64,000 bases of DNA, taken from a virus. The translations under genes and the position numbers were made by a program. The notes beneath the pieces are model-generated. The model was not told the origin of the DNA and ran no database searches. It worked only from the letters and a program-made list of their open reading frames with translations. The stretch covers positions 1 to 64,000 of the IMG/VR virus record IMGVR_UViG_3300047472_000191; one strand, written 5' to 3'. Shown in pieces: positions 9,526 to 18,288 of the stretch. Position 1 is the stretch's first letter; each line of letters starts with the position of its first letter.

Positions 9526-9702
9526 CTACTTGATGTAGCGCTTGCCGTCAGCAAGCCTGATGATCGTGTCCCCGGGCTTGGCGTAGACCACTTCGCCCCG
9601 CAGGCCCCAGCCCACGAGTTCGTAGGCACCTCCCGCACGCCAGCCGCCAATCCACTCGGCGATCTCGTCGGCGTTCTCCCGGGTCAGCGTCCGTTCTTCC
9701 AT
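9526..9702 (-). CDS. 58-aa protein (not in ORF track)
   Basis: GGAGG RBS, MEERTLTRENADEIAEWIGG... Confidence 0.65.
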   Translation of the reverse strand: MEERTLTRENADEIAEWIGGWRAGGAYELVGWGLRGEVVYAKPGDTIIRLADGKRYIK

Positions 9703-9755
9703 GCTTCCTCCAGACAGGTAGGGAGCCGTCCAAGGTCTGGAGGGCTCCCTACGGT

Positions 9756-9887
9756 TTATCCGAATACGGTGACGGCGCTGGCCATTCCTCCGAGAAAGGC
9801 CAGGGCGAGCAGTCCCGCGATCAGGAACAGTGCGACGGGTATGGCGAGTGCGATCAGGGCGATGCGGCCGATGGTGCGGGCTCTCAT
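9756..9887 (-). CDS. 43-aa membrane peptide (not in ORF track)
   Basis: ATGA overlap; MRARTIGRIALIALAIPVALFLIAGLLALAFLGG. Confidence 0.6.
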   Translation of the reverse strand: MRARTIGRIALIALAIPVALFLIAGLLALAFLGGMASAVTVFG

Positions 9888-10153
9888 GTCTTCTTCTTCG
9901 GGTCGATGAGGTTGGTGAGGATGTCGGTCATGACGACGGCGGTCCGGTAGGGCCCGTAGGGGTCGTTCATCTGGCGTGTGTGGGCCCGCTGCTTTTCGGC
10001 GAGTTGGTGGGCGTGCCGGTCGAGGATCTCCTCGGCGATGTCGGCAAACGTGATCTCGTCGTCCGGCCAGAGTTCGTCGATGATGTTGCTGGAGGTGTAC
10101 GACAGGATGTGCAGCAGGAGTTCATGGAGGGGCGTCTCTTCGGGCGTTGCCAT
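9884..10153 (-). CDS. hypothetical protein
   Basis: GGAG RBS. Confidence 0.7.
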   Translation of the reverse strand: MATPEETPLHELLLHILSYTSSNIIDELWPDDEITFADIAEEILDRHAHQLAEKQRAHTRQMNDPYGPYRTAVVMTDILTNLIDPKKKT

Positions 10154-10155
10154 GG

Positions 10156-10260
10156 TCAGTGTGCTCCAGGAGCTAGGACGTTCAGGGCTCTGTTGAGGGT
10201 TTTCCGGGCGGTGGGGGAGAGCGGGGTGTACACGATTTTCGGGGGTTTCCGGGTGGTCAT
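10156..10260 (-). CDS. 34-aa basic peptide (not in ORF track)
   Basis: AGGAGG RBS directly after repeat promoter 10285-10290. Confidence 0.55.
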   Translation of the reverse strand: MTTRKPPKIVYTPLSPTARKTLNRALNVLAPGAH

Positions 10261-10333
10261 CAGAGTACCTCCTAACGTGTATCTACCCTAGCATAGAAGG
10301 GGGCGGGAGCCTAGTAGCCTCCCGCCCCTTCGC

Positions 10334-10612
10334 TTAGCAGCCCTGGCAGTGCGTCCAGTCACCCCGCTGCACCCGAGGACAGTGGGCGTCGCAGTGGGTA
10401 CGGATGCGTTCCCCGTCGTAGTCCTCGGTCACCCGGCAGTCGGGGCACCTCGGAGGCGTGGGCCGTTCAAGCTGTTCGGCATGCTTCTGCTGGGTTTCGG
10501 CTGAATAGCCCGAAGGGCATCCCGGGCGGCAGAGGGATCCGGCGGGGGCGTGGCAGTCTTCACAGTCGTCTTCGAAGTCGGCGCCTTCGAAGACCTCTCC
10601 AGGTCGGCTCAT
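10334..10612 (-). CDS. Cys-rich Zn-finger protein
   Basis: Multiple CxxC; follows repeat promoter 10638-10643. Confidence 0.7.
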   Translation of the reverse strand: MSRPGEVFEGADFEDDCEDCHAPAGSLCRPGCPSGYSAETQQKHAEQLERPTPPRCPDCRVTEDYDGERIRTHCDAHCPRVQRGDWTHCQGC

Positions 10613-10691
10613 GCGATCTCCTTAGTAGAATGTATCTACCCTAGCACAAAGGGCGAGAGGCTGTCGGCCCCTCGCCCTTTGTGCAGGTTAC

Positions 10692-11636
10692 CTACGCGGC
10701 TGCCAGGTCCAGCGTCTCCTGCTTGGAGGCCTTAATGTCCTTGACGAAGCTACGGAACATCGCCAGAACCTGCTTGCCGCACTGCTGGACGGCGTCCATG
10801 ACCTTCTCGGGGTCCTTACCGGCCCACGCGGCGATGTAAGGGGCCGCGTACGAGGCGGAATCCATCCCATACAGCGCGCAGACCATGTAGGAGAAACTCT
10901 CGGCGACCGTCTCCATCACGTCGCGGTGCGCCTGGTACTCCTGCATGTCGCTCACGTGGTCCGCCAGGATGTGGCCGAGTTCGTGCGCAAGCGTCTTGGT
11001 CTGCTGGGCAGGCGACACCCTGTCACTGACTCGCACAGTCATCGTCTTGGGGTCCGTGTAGCCGTTCGCGGTGCCTGTGTTGCCGTGCTCGATCGTGTAA
11101 CCGAGCTTCTCGATCTGCCCGGCGATGTCATCCCACATGTCGGCAGGTGCCGCGCCCCGGAGGTGCTTGACGACGGACGGGCGCCCCACGGACGGCGTGA
11201 TGAACATCGCCTCGTGGGCGGGGTCCTGCCACATCGGCTCGGTCTGCGAGACGTCAAACTCGGCCTGAAGGCGGAAGCCGACGATTTTCTTCTCATCCGG
11301 CCGCCGTTCGTCCTTGACCGCGATGGGGGAGGACACGCGCAGGGCCTTGGAACCCTTGCGAATCCACCGGCCGCGCGCGGCCCACGCCTTGGCGGTGACT
11401 ACGGCAGTCGCGTCCGGGCACTGCGTAAGGAGCAGCAACATGTTGTTGAAGCTGAACCGCGACAGCTCCGTGCCGTCCTTGGCGACCATGGCCTTGAGCA
11501 GCTTGGGCCACGCGTCGGAGGTAACCAGGCCGTTGACGGTTTCGGCAAGCTGGGCGTGGATCTCGGTTGCGATCTGCTTTGCGGCTGCCGGGCTCTTCTT
11601 GGCGGCGTAGCGACGGCTGCTGGTCTTGGTAGCCAT
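10692..11636 (-). CDS. ArdC-like protein (ssDNA-binding N-terminus plus zincin HExxH domain)
   Basis: 'RFSFNNMLLLLTQCPDAT...W...GRWIRKGSKA', 'FDVSQT', 'LAHELGH', 'ETVAESFSYMVC', 'YIAAW'; start re-called. Confidence 0.8.
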   Translation of the reverse strand: MATKTSSRRYAAKKSPAAAKQIATEIHAQLAETVNGLVTSDAWPKLLKAMVAKDGTELSRFSFNNMLLLLTQCPDATAVVTAKAWAARGRWIRKGSKALRVSSPIAVKDERRPDEKKIVGFRLQAEFDVSQTEPMWQDPAHEAMFITPSVGRPSVVKHLRGAAPADMWDDIAGQIEKLGYTIEHGNTGTANGYTDPKTMTVRVSDRVSPAQQTKTLAHELGHILADHVSDMQEYQAHRDVMETVAESFSYMVCALYGMDSASYAAPYIAAWAGKDPEKVMDAVQQCGKQVLAMFRSFVKDIKASKQETLDLAAA

Positions 11637-11808
11637 GGTGGGAGTCTCCTCGGGTTGGTGTCCCTTGCTGATATATCTACAGTAGCACACTACTAGGGTA
11701 GATACGCAAGGGGGATTCACAGCCCAATCGGGAATCCGCACAGTCGCGGTGTGTGGGCGCGGTATAGTTCACACATCAGCACTGCGAAGCAGTGGAAAGG
11801 GGACACCC

Positions 11809-12297
11809 ATGTCAGAGACCGCAGCACCTGCTGCAAAGGGCCGCAACCGGTGGACGCGGCGGACCTACCTGTTGTCCATGGCCATTACGGTTGTTCCGCT
11901 CATGGCGGCCTATACGAGCTTCTTCCGTTCACCGGAGTCCAGCGAGTCCGACCGCATCCTGGGAGGCTGCTCCTGGCTCGCGGTGTGGGTGTTTTCCTTC
12001 CTCGCCACGTACGCCGTGTACCGCATCAAGATCAACATGCGGTACAACCAGCGCCCGTTCACCCCGAAGGATCAGAAGTACTGCAAGTTGGCGGCGGCCG
12101 TCACGATGGAGGGCGCGACTGCTCTCGTAATCGTCCCTCTTGCGCTGCCCCGCCCCCATCAGCACGCCATCGGTTTGACCGATGTGATCTCCGCGCAGGT
12201 GCTGTGCTGCCTCATCCTGTCCAGCGTGCTGTTCCTGCTGGCCGAGGTCCACGCGAAGGGCGCCAAGCTGTTCGATGAGCTGGAGCAGGGCGTATGA
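11809..12297 (+). CDS. DUF2975-like multi-pass membrane protein
   Basis: About 4 hydrophobic helices; C-terminus 'LAEVHAKGAKLFDELEQGV'; paired with an Xre HTH gene. Confidence 0.6.
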   Translation: MSETAAPAAKGRNRWTRRTYLLSMAITVVPLMAAYTSFFRSPESSESDRILGGCSWLAVWVFSFLATYAVYRIKINMRYNQRPFTPKDQKYCKLAAAVTMEGATALVIVPLALPRPHQHAIGLTDVISAQVLCCLILSSVLFLLAEVHAKGAKLFDELEQGV

Positions 12298-12530
12298 CCG
12301 AAACAACCTCTGAGACCGAGCCTGACATCCGTATCCGTCTGGATTTTCTGCTCCTTGAGCGGAAGATGACTCTCACTCAGCTTGCCGCAGAGGTCGGGAT
12401 GCACATCAACGCCTTGTCCCGGCTGAAGAACGGGGACGTCTCGTTCATCAGGATCGAGACGCTGCGGAAGCTCTGCAAGGCGCTGGACTGCCAGCCGGGG
12501 GACCTACTCAGCTACACCGACCACCTGTAG
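12294..12530 (+). CDS. Cro/C1 (YozG-like) HTH regulator
   Basis: 'MTLTQLAAEVGMHINALSRLKNG...IRIETLRKLCKALDCQPGDLL'. Confidence 0.9.
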   Translation: MTETTSETEPDIRIRLDFLLLERKMTLTQLAAEVGMHINALSRLKNGDVSFIRIETLRKLCKALDCQPGDLLSYTDHL

Positions 12531-12542
12531 TTCAGACAGCAA

Positions 12543-12580
12543 AAACGGCCGGTACGGGATCTCTCCCATACCGGCCGCTT
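12543..12580. terminator. Hairpin terminator between convergent genes
   Basis: CGGCCGGTA...TACCGGCCG. Confidence 0.7.
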
Positions 12581-12588
12581 GCGTCCCG

Positions 12589-13203
12589 CTAGTCCTCGAT
12601 CACGGTGAACGAGGTACGACGCACCCAGAGGACCGACTGACCACGGTTCCCGAACTTTCTCGGCACGTCCTCCGGCCACAGCGTGTACGCCACGCCGTCC
12701 GGATAGACCTCCGTGAGGTCGTAGTCTCCCGACGGAGGTGCCGGGTGCTGCTGCGGGTCGTCGTGCTCTACGACCACGTACACCCGGTCCATGTACATCA
12801 CCCGCACTCCCATCGGTACGGGGGCAGGCTTAGGGGGCGCGTGTAGCGGCTTCCCCTGCGCCGTCCGCACCTTCAGGATCAGCTCTCCGATCCGGCCCTC
12901 TACCTGGGCGACGTCATCCGACGTGTGGAAGTGGGTGTCTTTCTTCATCCGGCCGAGACGGTTGCCGGTGTAGTCGATGAACCCCTGAAGGTTGAACGGG
13001 GTGAGGCCGTCCCGGCTGGTCAGCGCTTCGAACGGAGATGGGCACGAACAGCCGCTGTCGCTGGCGTAGAACAGTTCCCCGGTGGTGATGTCCTGCCAGA
13101 CGGTCGTCATATCGAACTGATACGGATCGTCGTCCCAGGAGAGGTTTCCGATGATCTTCAGGCCGAACTTCTCCGGACTATGGAACAGGTCGGGGCGGTT
13201 CAT
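12589..13203 (-). CDS. hypothetical phage protein
   Basis: 'DSGCSCPSPFE' motif; 204 aa. Confidence 0.75.
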   Translation of the reverse strand: MNRPDLFHSPEKFGLKIIGNLSWDDDPYQFDMTTVWQDITTGELFYASDSGCSCPSPFEALTSRDGLTPFNLQGFIDYTGNRLGRMKKDTHFHTSDDVAQVEGRIGELILKVRTAQGKPLHAPPKPAPVPMGVRVMYMDRVYVVVEHDDPQQHPAPPSGDYDLTEVYPDGVAYTLWPEDVPRKFGNRGQSVLWVRRTSFTVIED

Positions 13204-13216
13204 GGACGGCTACCTT

Positions 13217-13435
13217 TCAGATCGCGGTGGGGCGGGCGGTGACGAAGGTTCCCAGGTGGTTGGTGTAGATCAGCCCGTCCCGCTTGACGAGTCGGAAGGC
13301 TCGGGCGATGGACACAGGACTGACATCGAAGGCCTCTGCCAGGGCGGTGTGGGAGGGGAGGCGTTCGCCTGCAACGTAGGTTCCGTTGGCTATGCGCCGC
13401 CTGAATTCGTTAGCGATCTCTACGTACCGTGCCAT
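13217..13435 (-). CDS. GntR-family winged-HTH regulator, probably leaderless
   Basis: 'YVEIANEFRRRIANGTYVAGERLPSHTALAEAFDVS...HLGTFV'; ATG directly after TAGGGT-AGATAC. Confidence 0.85.
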   Translation of the reverse strand: MARYVEIANEFRRRIANGTYVAGERLPSHTALAEAFDVSPVSIARAFRLVKRDGLIYTNHLGTFVTARPTAI

Positions 13436-13546
13436 GTATCTACCCTATCACGAGAAAGCCGCCCCAGGGATCCCCTGAGGCGGCTTTCAGAACCTGACGA
13501 TCAGCCGGTTACGCCCCCGTCAGGCCACTTGCTGTCATCCGACCCG

Positions 13547-15094
13547 CTATCCCCGGACATCGAACCCACGGCGCCGCCCGAGGGCCGTCAGGGACGTCTT
13601 ACCGGGGTCTCCGGCGGCGTCGCTGCCGGTGAGGTGCAGCACCTCGCGCCGGAAGCGGTTGTAGGCGTCGTCGGTCTTGGTACCCCAGGAGCCGTCCACG
13701 TACTGGGCGTCGAGGAACCCTTCGGCGTGCAGGGCGTTTTCGACGATCTTGACGTCAGCGGGGAACGTCTTGTGGCCGGTCGCGGCGGGAAGATCCTTCT
13801 TGCGGGCCGCGATGATGTTGGACAGGTCGACGACCGGCTTCGGCTTCGGCTTCGGCTTCGGAGCGGGCGTCGGCTTCGGAGTCGGCTTCGGGACGACCGG
13901 AGCGGACCAGCGGTACGACGTCACGGCCTTGCCGCCGCGCGGGTCCTTCGGGTCAGCGGTGGGCGGGCACACGCCGTCCGCGAACCTCGGGGCGAAGTAG
14001 CCGATCACACGGGGCGAGCGGCGCGGGGTGCTGTGAGACCAGACCCCGTTGCCCTGCCCGGCGTCCGTCGAACCAGCCTTGACGGAGTTGCCGCCCTTGG
14101 TGAAGACGTTGTCTGCGTCGAACCCGACGACGACCTCAGTGTGCCCGTTGCCGAGGTTGACCCAGGCGCCGATGGACGGGTACTCCGACCACTGGCCGTG
14201 GGACTTGGCCCAGTTGGTGAAGACGATCACGTTGTCGACCTTGGGGACGATCCCCGATAAGCCGACCTCGTTGTACATGCACCAGTCCCAGATGACACAC
14301 CAGGGAACCTTGTTCTCCCCAAACGCCCGGCCCCAGGGGTTGTCGTTGTTCCAGCCGACGGCCGACTGCCACGTCTCGTAGACCTTCTCCGGGACGCTCA
14401 TGACGTGGTTCAGCAGGGTCAGCCACTGCGGCGTGCTCGTGCTCGGCTTCGGCGCCGGGGCAGGCGCGGGAGTCGGCTTCGGCGCGGCGGGGGAGGGAAC
14501 CGCCAGCTTCGCCCAGGCCGCCGCATCCCCGGCGAACAGGTTCCTGTCCAGGCCGCCGCTGATGGCGTACTGGTGGATCGTCCACGACGTCCAGCCCGCG
14601 ATGCTCGGCTTACCGGCCGCGTGGTTCGGGTCGGCGATCCACAGCGGGTAGGACCGCAGCGTGTTGACGTCCGCCTGCGCGGATGCCGCGATCAGGGCGT
14701 TGAGGTAGCTGGTGTAGGAGTACACCAGGGCCTTGACGCCCGTCTTCGCCTTGATCCGGGCGAGGAACTTGAGGGCGTAGGACATCCGCTGCGCCTGACT
14801 GCCCTCGGAGGCCTCTAAGTCGAGGGCGAGTAGGTCGCCGGGCTTGGCCTGCGCCTTGGACAGGAAGAAGTCGGCTTCCTTGACCGGGTCCTGCGTCGGG
14901 TGCCCGAAGTGATAGTGCCCGACCTTCTTTCCGGCCTTGCGGGCGATGGTCACGAATGCGTCGTGGTCGGCATCCGCCGTGTGTTCCCCTTCGGAAGCCT
15001 TGACGATGACGAATGCAGCGGTCGCGGCTACGAGGGCAGCGGAGACCGTGGGTATTCCGTTGTTGTTTGAGACGTCGATGCCAGTGAGAGACAT
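13547..15094 (-). CDS. Endolysin: GH25 muramidase + CHAP-like domain + peptidoglycan-binding domain
   Basis: 'GIDVSNNN', 'VKASEG', 'GHYHF', 'ALDLE', 'IHQY', 'LDRN' (GH25); 'PWCVIW...GHTEVV' (CHAP); 'VDGSWGTKT' (PG-binding); PA/PK linkers; start re-called. Confidence 0.9.
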   Translation of the reverse strand: MSLTGIDVSNNNGIPTVSAALVAATAAFVIVKASEGEHTADADHDAFVTIARKAGKKVGHYHFGHPTQDPVKEADFFLSKAQAKPGDLLALDLEASEGSQAQRMSYALKFLARIKAKTGVKALVYSYTSYLNALIAASAQADVNTLRSYPLWIADPNHAAGKPSIAGWTSWTIHQYAISGGLDRNLFAGDAAAWAKLAVPSPAAPKPTPAPAPAPKPSTSTPQWLTLLNHVMSVPEKVYETWQSAVGWNNDNPWGRAFGENKVPWCVIWDWCMYNEVGLSGIVPKVDNVIVFTNWAKSHGQWSEYPSIGAWVNLGNGHTEVVVGFDADNVFTKGGNSVKAGSTDAGQGNGVWSHSTPRRSPRVIGYFAPRFADGVCPPTADPKDPRGGKAVTSYRWSAPVVPKPTPKPTPAPKPKPKPKPVVDLSNIIAARKKDLPAATGHKTFPADVKIVENALHAEGFLDAQYVDGSWGTKTDDAYNRFRREVLHLTGSDAAGDPGKTSLTALGRRRGFDVRG

Positions 15095-15213
15095 GTGGAT
15101 GTCCTTTCGCGCGAATTGGACAAGTGCCAGTCTCTCACGGGGGAAATAGCCCATGGGATTTGAATTGGGCATGAAAAAAGGGCCAACCCGTAGGCTGGCC
15201 CCTTTGAAGAGCG

Positions 15214-15738
15214 TCAGAGGACGTTGATAGTCCCGTCTGCCTTCATCGACGCGTTCCAGGAAGTGACGGAGGGGTTGAGCTGGCTTGCGGTCCCGCCCCA
15301 GGAAGGATTTCCGGACCACCCGCTTCCAGGATCTTCTATGTACTGCCAGGCGGACATGGTGGCGGGGTTCGCCAACGTGATCATGCAGCGGTCCGGGAAC
15401 AGACTGCTCGATCCGATGGTCACGTAGGCGGTCGGGTTCTCTCCCGTCTCTCCCACGGTGGCGAGGGCGCCGATGTTCTGCTTGTTGTCGTTCAGGCTGT
15501 TCCAACGTCCGGCGCAGGCGGCTACGGAGTCGGTACCGGGGTCGGTGGTCGGGTAGTCGGTCGACTCGGAGGTGCCTACGGTCGTGCTGTTGTCTCCGCC
15601 CTGGCTACGGGTGGCGATGAAGATTCCGCCGGTTATGACGGCGCAGAGAACCGCAGCTGCTACGAGTTTCGGCGGGGTCCAGAACCGGGGCTTTCGCGGG
15701 AGGTTCGGAGGATAGGGCGGAGGGGTCGGGGTAGTCAT
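15214..15738 (-). CDS. single-pass membrane protein
   Basis: Pro-rich N-terminus, one TM helix, Ser/Thr linker. Confidence 0.7.
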   Translation of the reverse strand: MTTPTPPPYPPNLPRKPRFWTPPKLVAAAVLCAVITGGIFIATRSQGGDNSTTVGTSESTDYPTTDPGTDSVAACAGRWNSLNDNKQNIGALATVGETGENPTAYVTIGSSSLFPDRCMITLANPATMSAWQYIEDPGSGWSGNPSWGGTASQLNPSVTSWNASMKADGTINVL

Positions 15739-15750
15739 GATCGCCTTTCG

Positions 15751-16053
15751 CTAGCGGGATTCGTTGCGACGGAGCAGAACGGACTGGGGGATTGATTCAG
15801 AGCCGAGCCATTGCATTACCTGGATCGCGAATTCCAGCTCATCCAGGTGCAGGGTGATTCGGCTCGGCCCCCATTCCGCGATGGACTGGAGTTCTTCCGG
15901 GGAAAGTCCCCATGCTTCGGTGATGAACGCGATGAGTCGGCTGCATTCGTCCCGGGGAAAGGCCAGATCCGGATGGGTCTTTTCCTGTGTGCGCAGGTCG
16001 TCGAAGTGGATGGTGAGGGCCCAGCGGTCGGGTTCGGGTTCGGGCTGGCTCAT
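15751..16053 (-). CDS. hypothetical protein
   Basis: GAGGAG RBS; start re-called. Confidence 0.6.
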   Translation of the reverse strand: MSQPEPEPDRWALTIHFDDLRTQEKTHPDLAFPRDECSRLIAFITEAWGLSPEELQSIAEWGPSRITLHLDELEFAIQVMQWLGSESIPQSVLLRRNESR

Positions 16054-16304
16054 GGGGACTCCTCGGCGGTCGGGATGAAGTGACGTGGCCAGGCGGCTTT
16101 TCCGCCTTCCGGCCGTTCCGGGGTGGGCGGGTAGATGTCGGGGCGCGGGGTGCGGTACAGAGTCCCTTTCCACCAGGTCCAGATGCGCCCGTTCACATCC
16201 ACAATGTCCGGGTGTTCCAAGCGTTCCAGTTCGGCCAGCTTGGCGCGGGCGGTCTGCCAGTCCGAGAGCAGTTGGTGCACCCGGGGGATAGCGGAGTGGG
16301 TCAT
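16050..16304 (-). CDS. hypothetical protein
   Basis: ATGA overlap; downstream of the motif pair at 16322/16357. Confidence 0.6.
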   Translation of the reverse strand: MTHSAIPRVHQLLSDWQTARAKLAELERLEHPDIVDVNGRIWTWWKGTLYRTPRPDIYPPTPERPEGGKAAWPRHFIPTAEESP

Positions 16305-16392
16305 GAGGAGGCCCTTCGTGTGAGGGTAGATAAGCCATCGTTGTGACGACTTATCTACCCTATCAGCTAGTCAGCGATTTTTCCGTGAAACG

Positions 16393-16620
16393 TCAGCCCC
16401 CGGACCCGCTCGGCCCCTCCGTCAGGTCCCACAGGTGCTGTACCGCCTGCTGAGCACGCCTCACGCACTGCTCCTTCTCGACGTAGACGTGCCCGCCGGG
16501 ACGGATGTCTACGTTCTTGATCGTGTGGACGTGAACGCCCAGGAAGAACACCTGAATGTCGGTGTCCAGCTCCTGGGGGTTGTCGACCTCACGGAACTCG
16601 ATGTAGTCGCGGGTCTCCAT
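16393..16620 (-). CDS. hypothetical protein
   Basis: Coupled to the upstream ORF. Confidence 0.7.
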   Translation of the reverse strand: METRDYIEFREVDNPQELDTDIQVFFLGVHVHTIKNVDIRPGGHVYVEKEQCVRRAQQAVQHLWDLTEGPSGSGG

Positions 16621-16621
16621 G

Positions 16622-17395
16622 TCACGCCACCTTCCTGATGTGAGTGAAGATCACGGTCCCGGCAGCGTGCCGGTCAAAACCGCGCTCCCCGCCGTGATAG
16701 GTGAACTCGTAGACCCCCGCCGGGATGCGCACGATCTCGGCATCCTCATCAAGGTTCTTGACGTCCCCGCCGCGAGCCACCCAGTCCCCGAAATCGGCGA
16801 TCGAGTAGGACCAGATGGCACCGTCCACGCCCGCCAGCCGAGTCCAGCCCTCCGGGGTACGAGGCCCGTCCAGTTCCTCATCCCAGCCGCAGTTCGCGAG
16901 GACGTACTCACCCTCACCGGTCTGGAAGAGGTCCGGCCAGGCGTCCCCGACGAAGCCGAACGCGCAACCCTGCTTGGCGAACTCTTCGACAACCTGGGAT
17001 ACCCCGAGGTCACTGGTGTAGTCGGCGAACTTGCGGTGGGTGTCGTCGTAGCCGTCGTAGACGGGCCGCAGGTCGTCGTTGATGATGATCTTCCCGGAGG
17101 GCACGTTCAGCCGAATCGTGGTGGTGATCCCGTCGGAGAACTCGCACGGCTTGTCGACGTACACGGCATCGTCGGTGACTCGGGTCTGTACGTAGTCGCC
17201 GCAGTAGGCGCAGTTGAACAGGTGGCCCACGACCGTCCCGAAGGTCGCTGTTGTCGCGATACCGGCCGTTTCGGCTTGTTCGGCCAGATCGGGGTCGATG
17301 GTGTACTCGGTGAACAGGACCTTTACGGTGCCGTCGCCGTTGTAGCCGGTGACTCGGTGGCCGTTGGCGTGGATGGGGAGGGTTCGAATCGTCAT
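16622..17395 (-). CDS. hypothetical protein, probably leaderless
   Basis: ATG directly after TAGGGT-AGATAC. Confidence 0.8.
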   Translation of the reverse strand: MTIRTLPIHANGHRVTGYNGDGTVKVLFTEYTIDPDLAEQAETAGIATTATFGTVVGHLFNCAYCGDYVQTRVTDDAVYVDKPCEFSDGITTTIRLNVPSGKIIINDDLRPVYDGYDDTHRKFADYTSDLGVSQVVEEFAKQGCAFGFVGDAWPDLFQTGEGEYVLANCGWDEELDGPRTPEGWTRLAGVDGAIWSYSIADFGDWVARGGDVKNLDEDAEIVRIPAGVYEFTYHGGERGFDRHAAGTVIFTHIRKVA

Positions 17396-17549
17396 GTATC
17401 TACCCTAGCACATCTACCACGACCAGAAAAGCCCGAAGCCCCCACGCCCTACGGGGGGTTAAGGGCGATGGAGGCTTCGGGAGGGGGTCCGGTCATCAGG
17501 GGAGACCTCCCCAGGTTCCCTTTACACCGGCCGGACAGTATCTACCGTA

Positions 17550-17831
17550 CTACTGTTTGAGCAGCGGGGGTAGCACCCCGGCCTCCCGCAGCTTCTTCCG
17601 GAGCGTCTTCATGCGCCCCATGCTCGGGATGAAGATGTGCCAGGTCTCGGGGTCGTCGCCCCCGGTGCAGCGGTGGGCCTGGGCCAGACTGCGCGGGGTC
17701 CCCGGTGTGGACGCCTCGCGCATCTCTGTTGCATCGAGTATCGCGGTTACCTTGTCGTATTTCAGCAGGCCGTGGACTGCGCAGACGCTTGGATCGTCTG
17801 TGGTCTCGTCGTTCAAGCGCTGGTAGGTCAT
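17550..17831 (-). CDS. hypothetical protein, probably leaderless
   Basis: ATG directly after TAGGGT-AGATAC. Confidence 0.75.
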   Translation of the reverse strand: MTYQRLNDETTDDPSVCAVHGLLKYDKVTAILDATEMREASTPGTPRSLAQAHRCTGGDDPETWHIFIPSMGRMKTLRKKLREAGVLPPLLKQ

Positions 17832-18036
17832 GTATCTACCCTAACTCATTGGCTCATAAACGTCCCAGTACCCCGAGAGAACTTGCGCCCGACAGATTCT
17901 CTTCCCTACGGTGGTCTTGCACAGAGATTCTCCCTCTCTGGGTGCTTGGCTTCAACGGACTGCAAACGACGAGAGGCCCGCACGACTGCAACCCTGTTGG
18001 CGCAGGAGTCGTACGGGCCTCTCGCTGTGTCCCGAG

Positions 18037-18276
18037 TCAGGTCAAACCCTGGTCGTGGATCCGGATCAGCCGCTCCGTGACCTGGTCGGCGACTCTCCTG
18101 GCCCTGTCCGCATCGCCCCCGAACGTCTCCTGGATGACCTTGGCGGACCGGTGGCTCATCCAGGTGTCGACGGGTACGAGACGGTGAATCAGGGCCGCCA
18201 GCTCGCTCTGAGAGAGCTGGATACGGATCTCGGGTTCGGTGACGCTGCGCGGAAGCCATTCGGGGTCTGATGTCAT
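18037..18276 (-). CDS. hypothetical protein, probably leaderless
   Basis: ATG directly after TAGGGT-AGATAC. Confidence 0.75.
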   Translation of the reverse strand: MTSDPEWLPRSVTEPEIRIQLSQSELAALIHRLVPVDTWMSHRSAKVIQETFGGDADRARRVADQVTERLIRIHDQGLT

Positions 18277-18288
18277 GTATCTACCCTA

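Noticed and set aside
13840-13890. GGCTTC hexamer repeats
   Set aside because: They encode the Pro-Lys linker of the endolysin; ordinary
15095-15505. 137-aa N-terminal extension of the endolysin ORF
   Set aside because: Overlaps another gene and a hairpin; the RBS and GH25 motif support a start at 15094
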